NCBI RefSeq assembly: GCF_009914755.1
Contig: NC_060942.1
Source: the human T2T-CHM13v2.0 reference genome, Homo sapiens
Length of the DNA stretch: 64,000 nucleotides
Direction: 5' to 3' (one strand)
Shown: piece after piece, positions 25,205 through 39,504 of the stretch
How the letters are laid out: each line of letters starts with the position of its first letter
How positions within the stretch are numbered: the first letter of the stretch is position 1
Program-made: the position numbers and the translations under genes
The notes under the pieces: generated by a model
Told to the model about the DNA's origin: nothing
What the model saw: only the letters and a program-made list of their open reading frames with translations
Database searches by the model: none

Positions 25205-25910
25205 AAAAATATTCCAAATTAACTTACTAATCTCCACTGCTCTTCCCATAGCCCAAGCTACCAATATTTCCCAATTGAGCTATTGCAATCTCCTCCTAAA
25301 TGTTAGTTACTTTTTTTCTCTCTCAGCTTCCTTAATCTATTTTCCTTTCAGCAACTGGAGTAATCTCCTTAAAGAAACAAACCCAGGCCTCTTCTTTTCT
25401 TCAATGACCACTTTCTTATAATACAATGAAGACTAAAATCTCACAGAGCTGAGCATGATCTGGATCCTGCCAAACCTTCTAGTTTCATCTAAGAACATGC
25501 TTCCCCATATTTTACGTCTCCATCCATATTGGTTTTACTTTACTTTCTCATTTGCAATGAGCAACATTTGTACTTAAGTTCCCTGATCCTGCACTTTCTT
25601 AGCTTTTCTTTTGACAATCAGGTCTCAGCTAGAGCTCACCTCAACACAAAGCAGCCTTCTCAGAACCTCCTAGACTAATCTAATTCTCCCACCATTATTA
25701 TAGATCTTGCACTTTTCTTTCATTAATTTATTATAATTGGAATTTAAATAATTATTTGTATATGGATTTTATATCTTTCCCTCCACGAAGCTATCGGCTC
25801 CATAAAGTTACAGAATGTTCCTGTCTTAGACACCACTATATCTCTGGCACTTTGAAAAGCAGTCTGGCTCAATAAACATTGGTTAATCAAAAGAATGGAT
25901 AAATAAATGG
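25205..25910 (+). mobile_element. L2 3' region
   Basis: TCTCCACTGC...CCCAAGCTACCA...CTATTGCAATCTCCTCCTAAATG...CTCAATAAACATTGGTT...GAATGGATAAATAAATG. Confidence 0.75.
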
Positions 25911-26310
25911 CATTTATTTTTTAAAAAATCATTATTAACTATTATTTTGTGAGCCTGTTCATCCTGTGAATAGGACTACAAATTCGATCATTTCTTTCTT
26001 ATGTTGCTTCTTTGGAACTGTGCACAGCTGGTCCTATACATGTTTGAGGACAGCACATTTCCCTGAAGCATATATTGTTATTTTTTAAGATGATATTGAT
26101 TTGTAACTTTATCCACTGTATATGGAATCCGGTTTCAACCTTTAGCTGCCCTCCTCTAGATCTCTAGATTTCTGTGGTACTTCAGGGATTAATATTTAAA
26201 CCATTATACACATTGATTTGAACTTGCTCAATTCACATATGGAAGTAAATGTCAGAGCCGATCTACTCTTAAGGTAATTTTTCCTCCATTTGTTTGAAGC
26301 AGTTACAGTC

Positions 26311-26623
26311 TTTTTTTTTTTTTTTTTTTCTTTTAGACGGAGTCTCGCTCTGTCGCCCAGGCTGGAGTGCTGGCGTGGAGTGGCGCCATCTGGCTCACTG
26401 CAAGCTCCACCTCCCGGGTTCACGCCATTCTCCTGCCTCAGCCTCCCGAGTAGCTGGGACTACAGGCACCCGCCCCCACGCCCAGCTAATTTTTTGTATT
26501 TTTTTAGTAGAGACGGGGTTTCACTGTGTTAGCCAGGATGGTCTCGATCTCCTGACCTCGTGATCCGCCCGCCTCGGCCTCCCAGAGTGCTGGGATTACA
26601 GGTGTGAGCCACCGCGTCCGGCC
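26311..26623 (-). mobile_element. AluY SINE with 8-bp insertion
   Basis: GCAAGCTCCACCTCCCGGGTTCACGCCATTC and GTTAGCCAGGATGGTCTCGATCTCCTGACCTCGTG; CpG-rich. Confidence 0.95.
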
Positions 26624-27929
26624 AGCATTCTTTCTTCTCCTCCAAACTCTCTTATGTTTTCCCGTTAGTTTCCTATATTGGAATTATTACCTCTGACTGT
26701 GTCCACACTTCTGTTCTCTACTTCATTCTGTTAATTTTGCATGCATTCCCTTGGTAGTTTTGTCTTCTCCCGTAGGTTTCCGTAGCACCAATTTTTTTAA
26801 AAATTTACTATTAATCTTTAATGGAAAGTAGAAACAATAAAAAAAGCAAACAGCCTCATGTGTCATGATTTGTCAACTATAAAGCATCATACAAATGTAT
26901 GTTAGTGTTGATAATGATGAAGTGGTGATGATGGCGATGGTGAAGAAAAAAAAGAAACAGTTGTTATATCCACAGAGAAGCACCAAGCTTCACTTCTAGT
27001 CTTTAATTTTTAATTACACAGACAATCAGCCTTGACTAATCCCAGACTAGTTTTGAAAATGTTAGAGTATAACATGGCTGGCTGCTTGGTCTGAAAGTCT
27101 AAGCTCCTGACTAAATATAAGCTGACCACATACATGTATTCTATTGGATTAACAAGAGCTCAGTTACGTATCTATTCTTTGATGTTGAAATTTATTGGAA
27201 GGCAGAAAGATCCAGAATGTCATGAAGTCTAACTGGAAATACCCTGGGAATAACTAGTTCTTTTTTTAAGCATAGAACACTGACAACATCTGGGTCCTTT
27301 TTAGAATCAGAATATCTAAAACACTGCAGTGATTTTAGCCAGTTACAAAATGTGAAAAATTTGAATTCAGATTTAACTCATTAAAGATTTCCCATCTGAA
27401 ATTCTGCAGCAATAATGAAAATAAGCACTAACTTATGTACCTCAGGCCTAGAGGAAATCATACCAATAAGCTACAAATAGCTAACTCTGGTTTCTCCCTT
27501 GGTTACTAGTACCAATTACTGATGACTGTCATTCTTTCTTTCTTTCTTTCATACCCATCTCCTGAGTTACAGAGGGAATATGATGTATTTAAACAGCTAT
27601 TTGAAAGTGTTTCCCATGATGCTGTTTTACAATACACAAAAATGTTAACTGGATGCTAGTGCTACCAGATGTTTCTGCGGTTTGTTGAACAATGTACTCA
27701 CAGCACGGAAAACTGGGCTTCTGCTCAATGTCATTTTGGCCATCCAAATGCCAGGAGTCATGGGACTTTTTCTGTAACCACACTAACAGCCCTATTTATT
27801 TATTTTGTAATTTTTATCTGACTTATTAAAAAGATTACAAAGAAGGCATGAAAACAATGCAAGAAACACAAATCATGAAGCCCACATGCAGAAAATATAG
27901 GATATCATAGTCAGAATTAGATAGAGTTG

Positions 27930-28290
27930 AAAATAGGGTCAAAATTAAAAGCATGAATTTTAATTAGGATTATAATTAGGATAAACGTTAAGTCTTCTAC
28001 TTGGGTGCAAACAATCAGTAAAAATGCCAAGATGCTTGAGATTTTTATCTGTAAACCAGTTTATACAAAATGAGAAAGCAGTTCATTAGATTGCATGCTC
28101 AGCATGAACGAACAGTGATATGGTATAGTTACAAAAAGTAAATGCAATTTTGAGTGGCATAATATAAAAACTAAAAATAAGAAAGTCAGAAATTGCACTG
28201 TTCTTGGCCCTGATAAGATAACATCTGTAGTCTCGTGTGCAGTTTTAGGCATTGTGTTTTACGGAAAATACTTATGGAAGGATGAACTGA
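27930..28290 (+). mobile_element. L3/CR1 LINE fragment
   Basis: GCTCAGCATGAACGAACAGTG...AAAAGTAAATGCAATTTTGAG...GGCCCTGATAAGATAACATCTG...GTGTGCAGTTTTAGGC resembles CR1 ORF2 3' region. Confidence 0.65.
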
Positions 28291-28711
28291 TATGGAAGAC
28301 CAATGAGCAACATTGTCTAGTATCATCATTTCCTGTTTGCACATTGACAAGATAAAAAATGAAAAACTTTGTTAAAAAGAATAATGGCTAAAAGGATGGA
28401 GGCATTATTTATTTTGTAAACAATTCCTGGGACTTGGGACATGATTTTTCTTAAAGTGGCTTTTCAAACCACATATGAAAGTTTTCTTGCTGAACCATCT
28501 TTTTCTTTATTTTGTTTTCAGGATTGATTCTTCTGACACTGCTGATTACATGAATGTTTTCATACTTCCTCACTTTCTCTATATTGGGTGTCCTAGAATC
28601 TCAAAGTCATGCTATTGTCAGGCATTTTGAAATGTTATGCCCTTTTTATTTATAAAACAAAACAAAATAAAAATCTCTAACATTTTATTTCCAGCTTTTT
28701 TTGTGTGTGTG

Positions 28712-28852
28712 TGGCAGTATACTATATGCTTTGGAGTGAGATAGTCTTTAGAGAGTAATGGCTCTGCCCTCTACCAGAACCTGGCCCTGGGCAAAGCCTT
28801 TACCTTGCTAAATCTTAATTTCCACTTCTGTAAGTTGGAGACAATAGTGTCA
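28712..28852 (+). mobile_element. MIR fragment
   Basis: GCTTTGGAGTGAGA...GGCTCTGCC...CCCTGGGCAA...TTTCCACTTCTGTAAGTTGGAGACAATA. Confidence 0.65.
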
Positions 28853-29189
28853 CTCATTCCTTCATTCACATATAATTTTAATTAAATATTCATTAACAAC
28901 CACCATAGGCATTGTACATCTACTACGATAAAACAAACATTAGATTATCTGCGTATTTATCGTTAGTAAATTCCAATGACTTCATCATTCCAACCTATTT
29001 TTTGTTCAAATATATTGGCTTCTTTTGTTAAATTAAACTGAATATGCCAAATTTTCTCAGTCTCATATTATCCACAGAAAGGAACTTAGATCCACCTTAT
29101 TTAATACTAAAATGAATTAACAATATGAAGTAGAAGTTTGTTATTCTGACCACTTAGAGATCTTATATTGCTTTGAGGTATCTGACCCG

Positions 29190-29285
29190 GTTTGATTTGA
29201 TATTGTTTGTCACTGAATACTGTATGTTGGTGTGAGTGTTTGATCTGATATTGTTTGTTGCTGGATACTATATGGCCATGTGAGT
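29190..29285. repeat. Diverged 48-bp tandem duplication
   Basis: GTTTGAT(T/C)TGATATTGTTTGT...TGTGAGT x2, 39/48 identical. Confidence 0.85.
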
Positions 29286-30060
29286 ATGTTTGCAGTGGCT
29301 TGTAAACAATGGGAGCTCTTCATTTCTGTGCAGCTTTCCTGTTAGTTTTCTGTAAGTGGAGCAGAAATTTAGTATGCATTCTTTTGACTATTGTGGTATT
29401 ATAGGATGCAGGGGTTTCCTTGGCAACTCCACCTAATTTAAGCAGTATAAAATAATACAGCATGTTTTATGGGGCAATTAATACATGCTTTGGTACATTC
29501 CAACCTGATGCTATTTGCTGCCCGTGGTATTTATTAATAGTCCTATAAAGCATTTTGCAAACAACATTGCTTTGATAAAAATAAAAACATTAATTGAAAA
29601 AATTCAATTCCAGTAACAACTCTGTTTTAATTAACTTTCAAAATATGTTTCCTCTTTAAGAAACAGAAGTTGTTATATTGGCTAGCATAGAACTGGATCC
29701 TGAATAGGACAAAGTACAGGTAAGTATTGAGAAGTTGTGCTGCTGTTAAGAAAGCCTGTTAACATCGTAATTTTAGTTACATTCAAGCCTAAAAGGAAAA
29801 CATGAGCCGAAAGGACTTGACACATACTTATTAGTGAATGAATCAAGCCATTTATAAGTGAATTGAAGAATAGAGCCACATCTGGTGGATTATACATCAC
29901 AACAAAAAATGAGAATAAGTTTTTAAAGTCAGGATGTCCCAAGGGAAGTTTTTACAAAGCATCAGCACTTTCAGGATAACAAAATACAGATCAAGCGTAA
30001 ATTGTACAAGAAAGAACATTCACTCCAACATGGATTAAGACTTATTTTCTTAAGAAATTA

Positions 30061-30395
<335 letters not shown>

Positions 30396-31890
30396 TTAAA
30401 GATAAATGCATTCTAGGTATCCCCAAGGGTTTTTCCATATTAAACACAATAAATGATTAACTCATGGCCTTGGTCCCGAAAGTAAGTGTCAACTGTCACA
30501 GCCCACTGTGACTATGACCAGAGTATGCTGACTCAACTCACTTGAGGGTCTTTACCATCATCAGCTTACCAGAACTGATAACCTCTGATTCCTGTTTTAA
30601 TTTGCAGGCATAAATTTTAAAACCTGGAATTTGTAATTCTCTGTTTTCCTAGATATTCCCTAATCAGGCACACATGAGATAGTGCGCAGGGCAGTGTGAG
30701 GCCATTGGAAAGGGAACAAGGATTTTTAATGGTGAGGCTTGACAATTATTGCAATTTTCATCAGCAAAAATTATTTTAAAAAGCAAAAGCACAGCAAAAA
30801 GCAAAAGAAAACATCCACCTTTCTCTGAATACAAAAATTTAAGACTAAAGACCAAGATTCTAGACCAATGGTTCTAAATAGTTTATGTGAGTTACATCTA
30901 TTGACTTTTACCATATTAAAAACTAAAATTAAGAATTTTTATCACATTTATTAATTCATGTTAAAATAACAATTATGAATCTGTTACAAGTTAACATAAA
31001 TAACTTTTTATGAAAAATAAATTTTCTAAAACAGAGCAAATTTGTGAGAACAGTATTGCTTTACATTTCTTCAAATCTCATTAATATCTGGCCAAATATA
31101 AGAGAATTGGAGCCTGATTACCTATTTTTGAAATGTAATATGTTGCAAGATATTATTTAGTTGAAATACATGAAGACTCTCTGAGCTCACAAAGTTGAAA
31201 AAGAGAGTATTTCAACAGCCTTTCCAAGTGATTATGGATATTCTTTTTTGCTTTTGTACCAAAACTTGACTAAAATAAGCTCTAATGTAGAATCTAAAAT
31301 CACATGAGTAAATGTCATATATTATATTACATTTAAATTTATTTTTCTAGATTGCATTTCAAATGAATCTTGTACTCATGCCTGATTTTGTAACATCATG
31401 TAGTCATCATTTGGAAAATATTGGCTCACTGAGCTATGCTTATCTTACAAATGTTAACACATTGATTATATAATATCAAAGAATCACACTTATTGATGTC
31501 ACTACCCAGCTCATAAGACAAATCTTTATGTGTAGGGAGGCTGCAAAGTCAGGATGCAGATAAAAGCTTTCAAAATTTCTAACTGTCCCTTACTCAAACT
31601 TTATTGCTGACTACAAATACTGCTCATGCTTTCCTTTCAATGGACAGGCTAGCTTTAATACAATTTTGAGAAATTGTCTACCAGCCTTTCACTGAATACT
31701 CATAGTTTGTTTGTCAGTCATACTTTCAGGTAAAAATAGTGTTTTACGAAAAAAGCCACTCACCATTTAACGACACAAGTACTTGTTCTCAAGTACTTTG
31801 CACTTCATGTCACAAAAGTGTTTTAGGTTCACGTCTCATTTCATTGACAGATTAAAGAGATAGGTAATCAAAAGTGGAGATTTAATAAAA

Positions 31891-31893
<3 letters not shown>

Positions 31894-31921
<28 letters not shown>
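31894..31921. repeat. (TA)n microsatellite
   Basis: Pure AT dinucleotide run inside Charlie1a. Confidence 0.95.
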
Positions 31922-31924
<3 letters not shown>

Positions 31925-31973
31925 ACAAATCCATTAAAAGCATTCTTAAATTAAACTGGCTTTTTAAAGTTTA

Positions 31974-32374
<401 letters not shown>

Positions 32375-33115
32375 CTAACGGGCCAGCAACTTTCACCTCA
32401 TTTGCTTTTACATAATCAGTGTAAATGTCCGCACAGTGAAATAAGCTAGTAGCAAGTTACTATTATGAAAATAGCTTTGACTTCATAAGATCTCAGGGGT
32501 CTGTGGACCACACTTTGAGTGTAACTATTCTAGATTAACACTTTGCAAAGCAATTAGACTAAATTTGCTTGACTTTAGAAAATAAATGATTACTGCATTT
32601 GCAAAGGCTAATAGTTATAAAATTTGTAATATTTCTCTAATAGCTGAGTCCATACTTAAGCAATACTGAGAAAATTCAGGAGAGTAAATTATAAACAGGA
32701 TTTTCTAGGCTAGCGGGTTAAAAGAATTATTATTCTCTGAAGGAAATAACTTTTTATCATGGTAACTTTAAAGAATTACTGCTGTGATATATTTATGAAG
32801 GGTGCGTGGCTTTAAATTATATATTGTATTAATTGTAACTGTTCATATTTTCTTTCTTTCTTGTCTGGACTTCATTATCCCTGTGGCATTGGCCTTTCAA
32901 ATTATGTATCTTTGAATCTTTCAATTTATAAATTTGTTACCTTAAATTTCAAAAAAGAAAGCCATTTTAATCTGGGTAATTTCTTCCTTTCAATATTCTT
33001 GACAAGACATGGACCTTAGACTCCTCTGTTTTCTTGGTGAATAGGTCACTCATTTCATACATTTTAAGCAGCCTTGAATAAAGTCTTGTGTTCAGAGAAC
33101 ACTTCTGATATTTTA

Positions 33116-33455
<340 letters not shown>

Positions 33456-33581
33456 TTATCCTGAGTGAGAATAAAAACATAAAACAAAACATTTATAGTG
33501 CTTGTGCTTTTGTTATTTACGAGAACCCTTGTCCCTTAGAAGCACAAAGCCTAGAGGCAAGATTACTTTAACACAAAGTGA

Positions 33582-33582
<1 letters not shown>

Positions 33583-33619
<37 letters not shown>
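33583..33619. repeat. (TG)18 microsatellite
   Basis: Perfect TG run. Confidence 0.97.
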
Positions 33620-33622
<3 letters not shown>

Positions 33623-35422
33623 CTGAAGGAAAATAAATTAGATGTGAGTTTCCTTGAGGACTTCAGCAGGTAATGGTGTAGGTAACAGTCAATGCTAAAG
33701 ATGTTAAAGAAGGCTTTCTGATTATCCTGGCTTATAGAGAAATGAAAAGCAATTCAAAGCTAGTTCCTGGCATATGTGGATGATGTGTTTGAAAGAGCCC
33801 CGCAGATCCTAATGAGCTGTCGGTTGGCCAGCTAGTCAGAATTCTCAGTATGCCAGAATAAATACGAACAAAGGATTAATGAATTCCTGGAAGACTTAGC
33901 ATGGCATCTTTCAAGGTTGTTTTGCTCAATGGAGCAAAAGCAAAATCATTTAGCATCCATTCTCTCGCCTCAGAGTTGCACAAGATAACTGAGAAGAGTG
34001 AGTTACTGCTGAGAAGAACTAAAATATTAACATGAAGGTCTGTATCACAGATGCTGGATATTTACCATACTCAGAGGTCTGCATTCTGCTAAAACACATC
34101 AAGAGGATCTGGAAAATGATGTACTTCATAGAAAAGAGAGATTATGCACTCATGCAAAAAATACACATAGAGGACATGTAAAGTCATATTTTTTTGTAGA
34201 GATTTTATTCCCCCATCCTATTGTTAAAGGGAAGATCCACAGTTCTGTCTTTAAAGACGAAACCTGATTCTATATCTTATTTCAGTGTCGATTTCATGAT
34301 AAAAATATCTAAAATTAAACAAACTTAAGTAAATATCTTTTGAATTAATAAGTTGGCAAAAAAGAATTCGTTTTTTTTTTCATGATGAATAAGAGGGAAA
34401 GGCATAGTTAACACATTATCAGTTAAAAGTTTGATTAAACTGAAAAGTAGGCCATCTTTGTTCAGCAGAGTTTCCTCTTTAAACTACCTTTGCCCTATTT
34501 TTTAAATACCAGAAAAAATGGTAGGACATGTAATTTGTTCATGTAAATCATCAACTGTGTGGAAAAATTCATCAAAGACTGGGCTCAATAAAAGATCTTA
34601 GCTCTAAAAACAGCCAGAATATAATTATACTGTTCTATTCAGACAGGCTCTTTACTAGTAACAGTTACTAAATATAAAATAATATTGATACCAGAAATGC
34701 TGACCTCAAGCTTTACAGTAAAGATCTGGATTTCCCAAGCTTTCTAGCAACGTTAAAATAAAAAGAGAGCTTTGTTTAGAATGTACGCACATTGGGTGAA
34801 ATTTTGGATTCAAACTGGTCTTGTTTTCAAGGATTTCAACACACTGTTGAGATAGGATAGGCAAAACAAAATGTAAAGGTCATAGATACTTATTGCATTA
34901 TGTGATTAATAGAAATATGAAATTCGAGAAATTATTCTGACTATATTGTGTTTTGAAAATCATCTGATTTGAGTCATAAAATTTTAGTGTTGGAAGGAAA
35001 CTCAGAGAAAATCACAGCCAAATGCCCTATTCAGATTAAAAAATAGGGGCACGGTTAAAAGACTTGACCAAAGTTCTGTAACTAGAGAAAGATTTAAATT
35101 CAAGCTTCCTAAATCCCAGTATTATTTGCTCTCCACCACACTAAGCTGCCCAATCACATGTGATGTGTAGTTTTGTTAAGTAAGGCTTCAGTTTGAGCCA
35201 TGAAACTGGGGAATTTCAAATAAATTCCAAAGCTACCCTGAATATTTGTTTTTACTTAGTCATGAAAAGCCAGTTCTAAATGAAATCTTGTAGCACTTAC
35301 CCACTTGGATGAATGTTCAACCTTTCCCATCTCACCTGTATGAGGCTACTTTGTAGAACTGATTTCTACCAGCCTTGAATACAGTTTTGTATGAATATAT
35401 GTGTCATAAAATAACTGTCTAA

Positions 35423-35942
35423 TATAAGGTTTGATAGAAGAAATAACAACCAATGTTAAATAGATCAGTAGAATGACTAGTTTACAGTAATCTATTACAT
35501 ATTTCAAGATAGCTAGAAGACAATAATTTGAATGGCTCTAGATTAAAGAAAACACACATATTTAATGTGATAAATATCCCAAGTAAACTGATTTGATCTT
35601 TATAACTTATATATATAATATATATATAATTTGTATATATGTTATATATATTATATATAATATATATAATTTGTATATATGTTATATATATTATATATAA
35701 TATATATAATTTGTATATATGTTATATATTAATATATGATATACATAATTTGTATATGTTATATATAATTTGTATATGTTATATATAACATATATGTATA
35801 AGTTATATATGTTACATATATGTATATATAAGTTACATATGTTATATATGTTATATATATGTTATACATAACATATATATTAAATTATCAAAACTATGTA
35901 TATCTATTATGTATCAATTAAAAAAAATCCCAAAATCCCGAG
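35423..35942 (+). mobile_element. L1MA (L1MA5-like) 3' end, 5'-truncated
   Basis: GGTTTGATAGAAGAAATAA...ATATTTCAAGATAGCTAGAAGA...CTATTATGTATCAATTAAAAAAAA; perfect 13-bp TSD AATAACTGTCTAA at 35410-35422 and 35943-35955. Confidence 0.88.
35607..35880. repeat. AT-rich minisatellite (40-bp unit) inside L1MA
   Basis: TATATATAATTTGTATATATGTTATATATATTATATATAA at 35621 and 35661, partial at 35701, then degenerate shorter units. Confidence 0.93.
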
Positions 35943-37440
35943 AATAACTGTCTAAAGAAAGAGATTATTTAAGAATTGTAAGGTAACTTTTAATGAGGTG
36001 TTTTGGGGCTGTATTAATAAATAATGGGGCTCATTGTTATGGGCTATTACAAATACTGTCAAAACTAATAACCCACAGAAAAGAAATCATTGCTTGCCTT
36101 TATAGTACAACTCCTCTAGTGCACTTGCAAAGTAATCTAAGAAAGACATGCTCATTAGTTGCTCATTACTTAGCTGGCTAATTGCTGTTCACACCAGCAA
36201 CACAAATCACAGAAAAAACTTATTAAAGTAACCTATTAATTTTTTTTTTTCCTGAAGAGCTTCATTATACAATATCTTCTCCTAATTAACGTAATCAGCA
36301 CCATAAAAATCCAAGATGAAAGAGAACCATTAGGTCATCTGTATTCAACTACCTGGAAATAGAGAGGCTATTCTCTGCAATGACCAGTCCATTAATCTCA
36401 AGCAAGGAATCTCACTGACCTCACTATAAATAACTGCTTGCCTTTCAAAAACCCCTACCTATGACGTTAAATTTCTTTACTCCATAGAAATTTTCTTGGC
36501 TTTCTTCAAGAGGAGAATAGGTGCTAAATTTCAGAGTAATTTCTCTACATGAACCTTCTAATGCCTTCTCACTAATTCCAATATGAAGCCCATAAACCTT
36601 CAGATACAAAATCTAAACTTTTTATTTTGCCTGGTTTTACACGTTGTGACTCCAGACTGCCTTTCTAGTTTCAGCCTCCTAGCATTGTCTGCTCTCTAAA
36701 TCTGAACTTGAAGCTTCAGATAAATATTTTCAATTTTTATCTTTCCAAAAAGTGGTATAATTTTTCCCTAGCTTTGCCTTAGTTTCTGCCATTCTCTCAC
36801 TTTGGGATGATAGACTCATTCCTTTCAACTTTAGAAATGTGCAGAAAATTATAGATTTTGTCTGGAAAGTTAGAGTAGATGACCTCAAAAGCCTCTTTTA
36901 ATTCTTAGATATGATTGTTTCTTATTCATCCCTGAGGGATCACCTAGCTTTAGGCTGCAGACCAAATAAAAGATCTAGAAAGAGATGATTACCACAGACT
37001 TAAAATTACTTAAATGCTATTCTTGATTCTTGAGTATTATCCATAGTTTTCCACTGAATATTAAATGCAGCACCATCTATAGCCAATAATAACATTTTTT
37101 TATGTGTACAAAATTTCACATTGAAGTCATATTTGTAGAAGATATGTAGATGTAAGGATATGTAAAGTAGGGCCACAGCCAGAAAACAAAGGACTACACT
37201 AGTGTTGAATGGTTTTACAAATGACCAAGATGAGACAGAACCATATGTTAGTGATCCAGGAAAGTCTCCAAGATTGTAAAGATCTGACAAGAGTTCCAAA
37301 ACTTACATACAGTCAAATGGTTGAACTCCATATTTAGCTTCCTTAATGATGAGATCTAAAGTTGTTTTGAAAGAAGTAAATTTAAAAATAAATAAAATTA
37401 TAAATATCTAATAACTAAAAATAAATATCACTGCATTGAA

Positions 37441-37513
37441 AATCCACATATTGTCATGGCTTAGTTGAAAAATATGTCATGTCAATCCAAATATTGTCAT
37501 GCCTTAGTTGAAA
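37441..37513. repeat. 30-bp direct repeat, 43-bp period
   Basis: AATCCA(C/A)ATATTGTCATG(G/C)CTTAGTTGAAA, 28/30 identical. Confidence 0.88.
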
Positions 37514-37899
37514 CGGAATGGAAGGATTCGTTTGCAAAGCATGACAAGGTGCTAGAATGTTGAGTATATAATTACTGATTAAAAGACATCAAAGTCAAAA
37601 GAACATATATAAAATGATGAAGAAATAAATGAGCAAATATCATGAAAACTAAGTTATTCAGAGAATGCAAAGATCTAGATCTATTTCAAGCGAGAATTGG
37701 GTAAATAAAGTAAATATGAGCTACTTATGTATGAATATTGAATCATTCTTCATAAATATGAAAGTCATGGGGCTACGGGTACATAAAGAAGATACTTGGA
37801 AGCAGAAGAAAACACAGCTACCTATAAATATGCAAGATGTATGGTAAGTGAGATAGAAGCAACTTTTCATAGTAGATTGCATTGGTACAGAAATTATTG

Positions 37900-38255
37900 G
37901 TGCTGTTCACTGACTATTTCTGGCTCTCTGAAACCAGGACATAATAGTATTTTACATCCTAGAGACTTTGAAAATAGCTATGACTATGTGACTCACTTTG
38001 GTCAATGACATGTGAGTCGCATTTTAAAGGCTAGTGTACATGTCTCCATATTCCCATTTTCCTGCGTTGAACATCACAGTAGTCCAGAAATGGAGCTTCC
38101 CTCAGCTTGTGTCTCTTAGTGAGGATCATGGGAAGTAGAATTGTCTGCCAACTTAAGATTGACAAGAGTATAGACAAAAAATCAAGTTTTGTTGTTTTAA
38201 GTCCTTTAAAGTCATTAGAAGAACATTTTCAGCATAAACTGGTTCATATTGAATG
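37900..38255 (+). mobile_element. MLT1-type LTR (MLT1H-like)
   Basis: ATGTGACTCACTTTGGTCAATGACATGTGAG...TTTTGTTGTTTTAAGTC...CAGCATAAACTGG. Confidence 0.6.
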
Positions 38256-39504
38256 AGTAAAATGGCATCTTTGGCTTGGAGAATTTTGTTAGAATGTCCC
38301 CATTTCTTTACTGTACCTCTCTTACATGGTAATATAGTAAAGTGATTGATTTTAAGTGTTCTACTCCTAGGAACTTTCCTCTCTCAGAGACAGAATGCAT
38401 ATCTTTATTTTATATCCTTAGGGTTTAACAAAACTTCTGGCATTTAGCAAGATCTTCAATGTGTTTTATGGAAGGGGAGAAAAGGGGAAAGAAAGGAAGA
38501 AATTAAAGAAAGGTGGATCGATGCAAGTCTCCCAGGCTATTCATGCTGATTGGATAGACTGATTTATTCAAGAGTTTGTGACTTATATTTATCCTGCCCA
38601 GAGACAAATCTACTCTTAAAAAAGCCCTTCATAAGCTTTAATGTTGTAATCATACAGAGTATTTCTCAAAAAGTAAATTTTGTAAACCTTTCAGCCTGTT
38701 GACAAGTTTTACAGAAAATTAAACTATTAAGTTTCTAATGAATGTCAATATGTGCTTTAAACCATATTCTGTTTTATTTGTACAGCCACCTCAATGAATA
38801 TTAGATCCTAAAGTTAGGTTCATGTTAGTATCTAGTTCAGTCCACATGAAAGTGGCTTTATGGCAAAAGAAAGTATAGAAGAATAGAATTAGTTTTTGTT
38901 TGGCATATACAAACTTGCAAAAAATCATTGGCAGATAGTAGCGTAGTAAGAATAAATAGAGAGTTTTTACTAAAGTTTATTTTTACATACTCAGTATTTT
39001 CTTTTGAAGGTGCCTATTTAATAGGTTCTCTTATTAAAATAAACATCATTGGTTGAATTGACTTTATCGTTAACAAAGAAGAATTAAGAAAATAATCATT
39101 GAAAGAATTCCAATAATAGGCCATGTATTTTGAAAGAAAAAGTAGTGGTGGAGTTACATCTGTAGATGGATTTTTCTAATATCAACAGCTTTAGAAAAGT
39201 ATCATTGTCCATTATTCTGAATTTTTTTGGCATTGCAGTTTTATGTTTTATTCTTTTAAGTTTAATAATAATATAAAAATTAGGAAAATAATTCATGTCT
39301 AAACTTATATTTGTACATATTTTCAATATATCAAAAACAGCCATATAAGTCAATACTGAGCATCTACAAAGATAGTCCCTCTTTAAAAAGATGCTATGTA
39401 TTATTCAAATTTGACAGAAACCATTCAGTAAAAGAAATAAATTCATTTAGTAACCTTCTGGTGAAAGTTAGTACTCCAAAAATAAAAATAAAAGTCAAAG
39501 TAGT

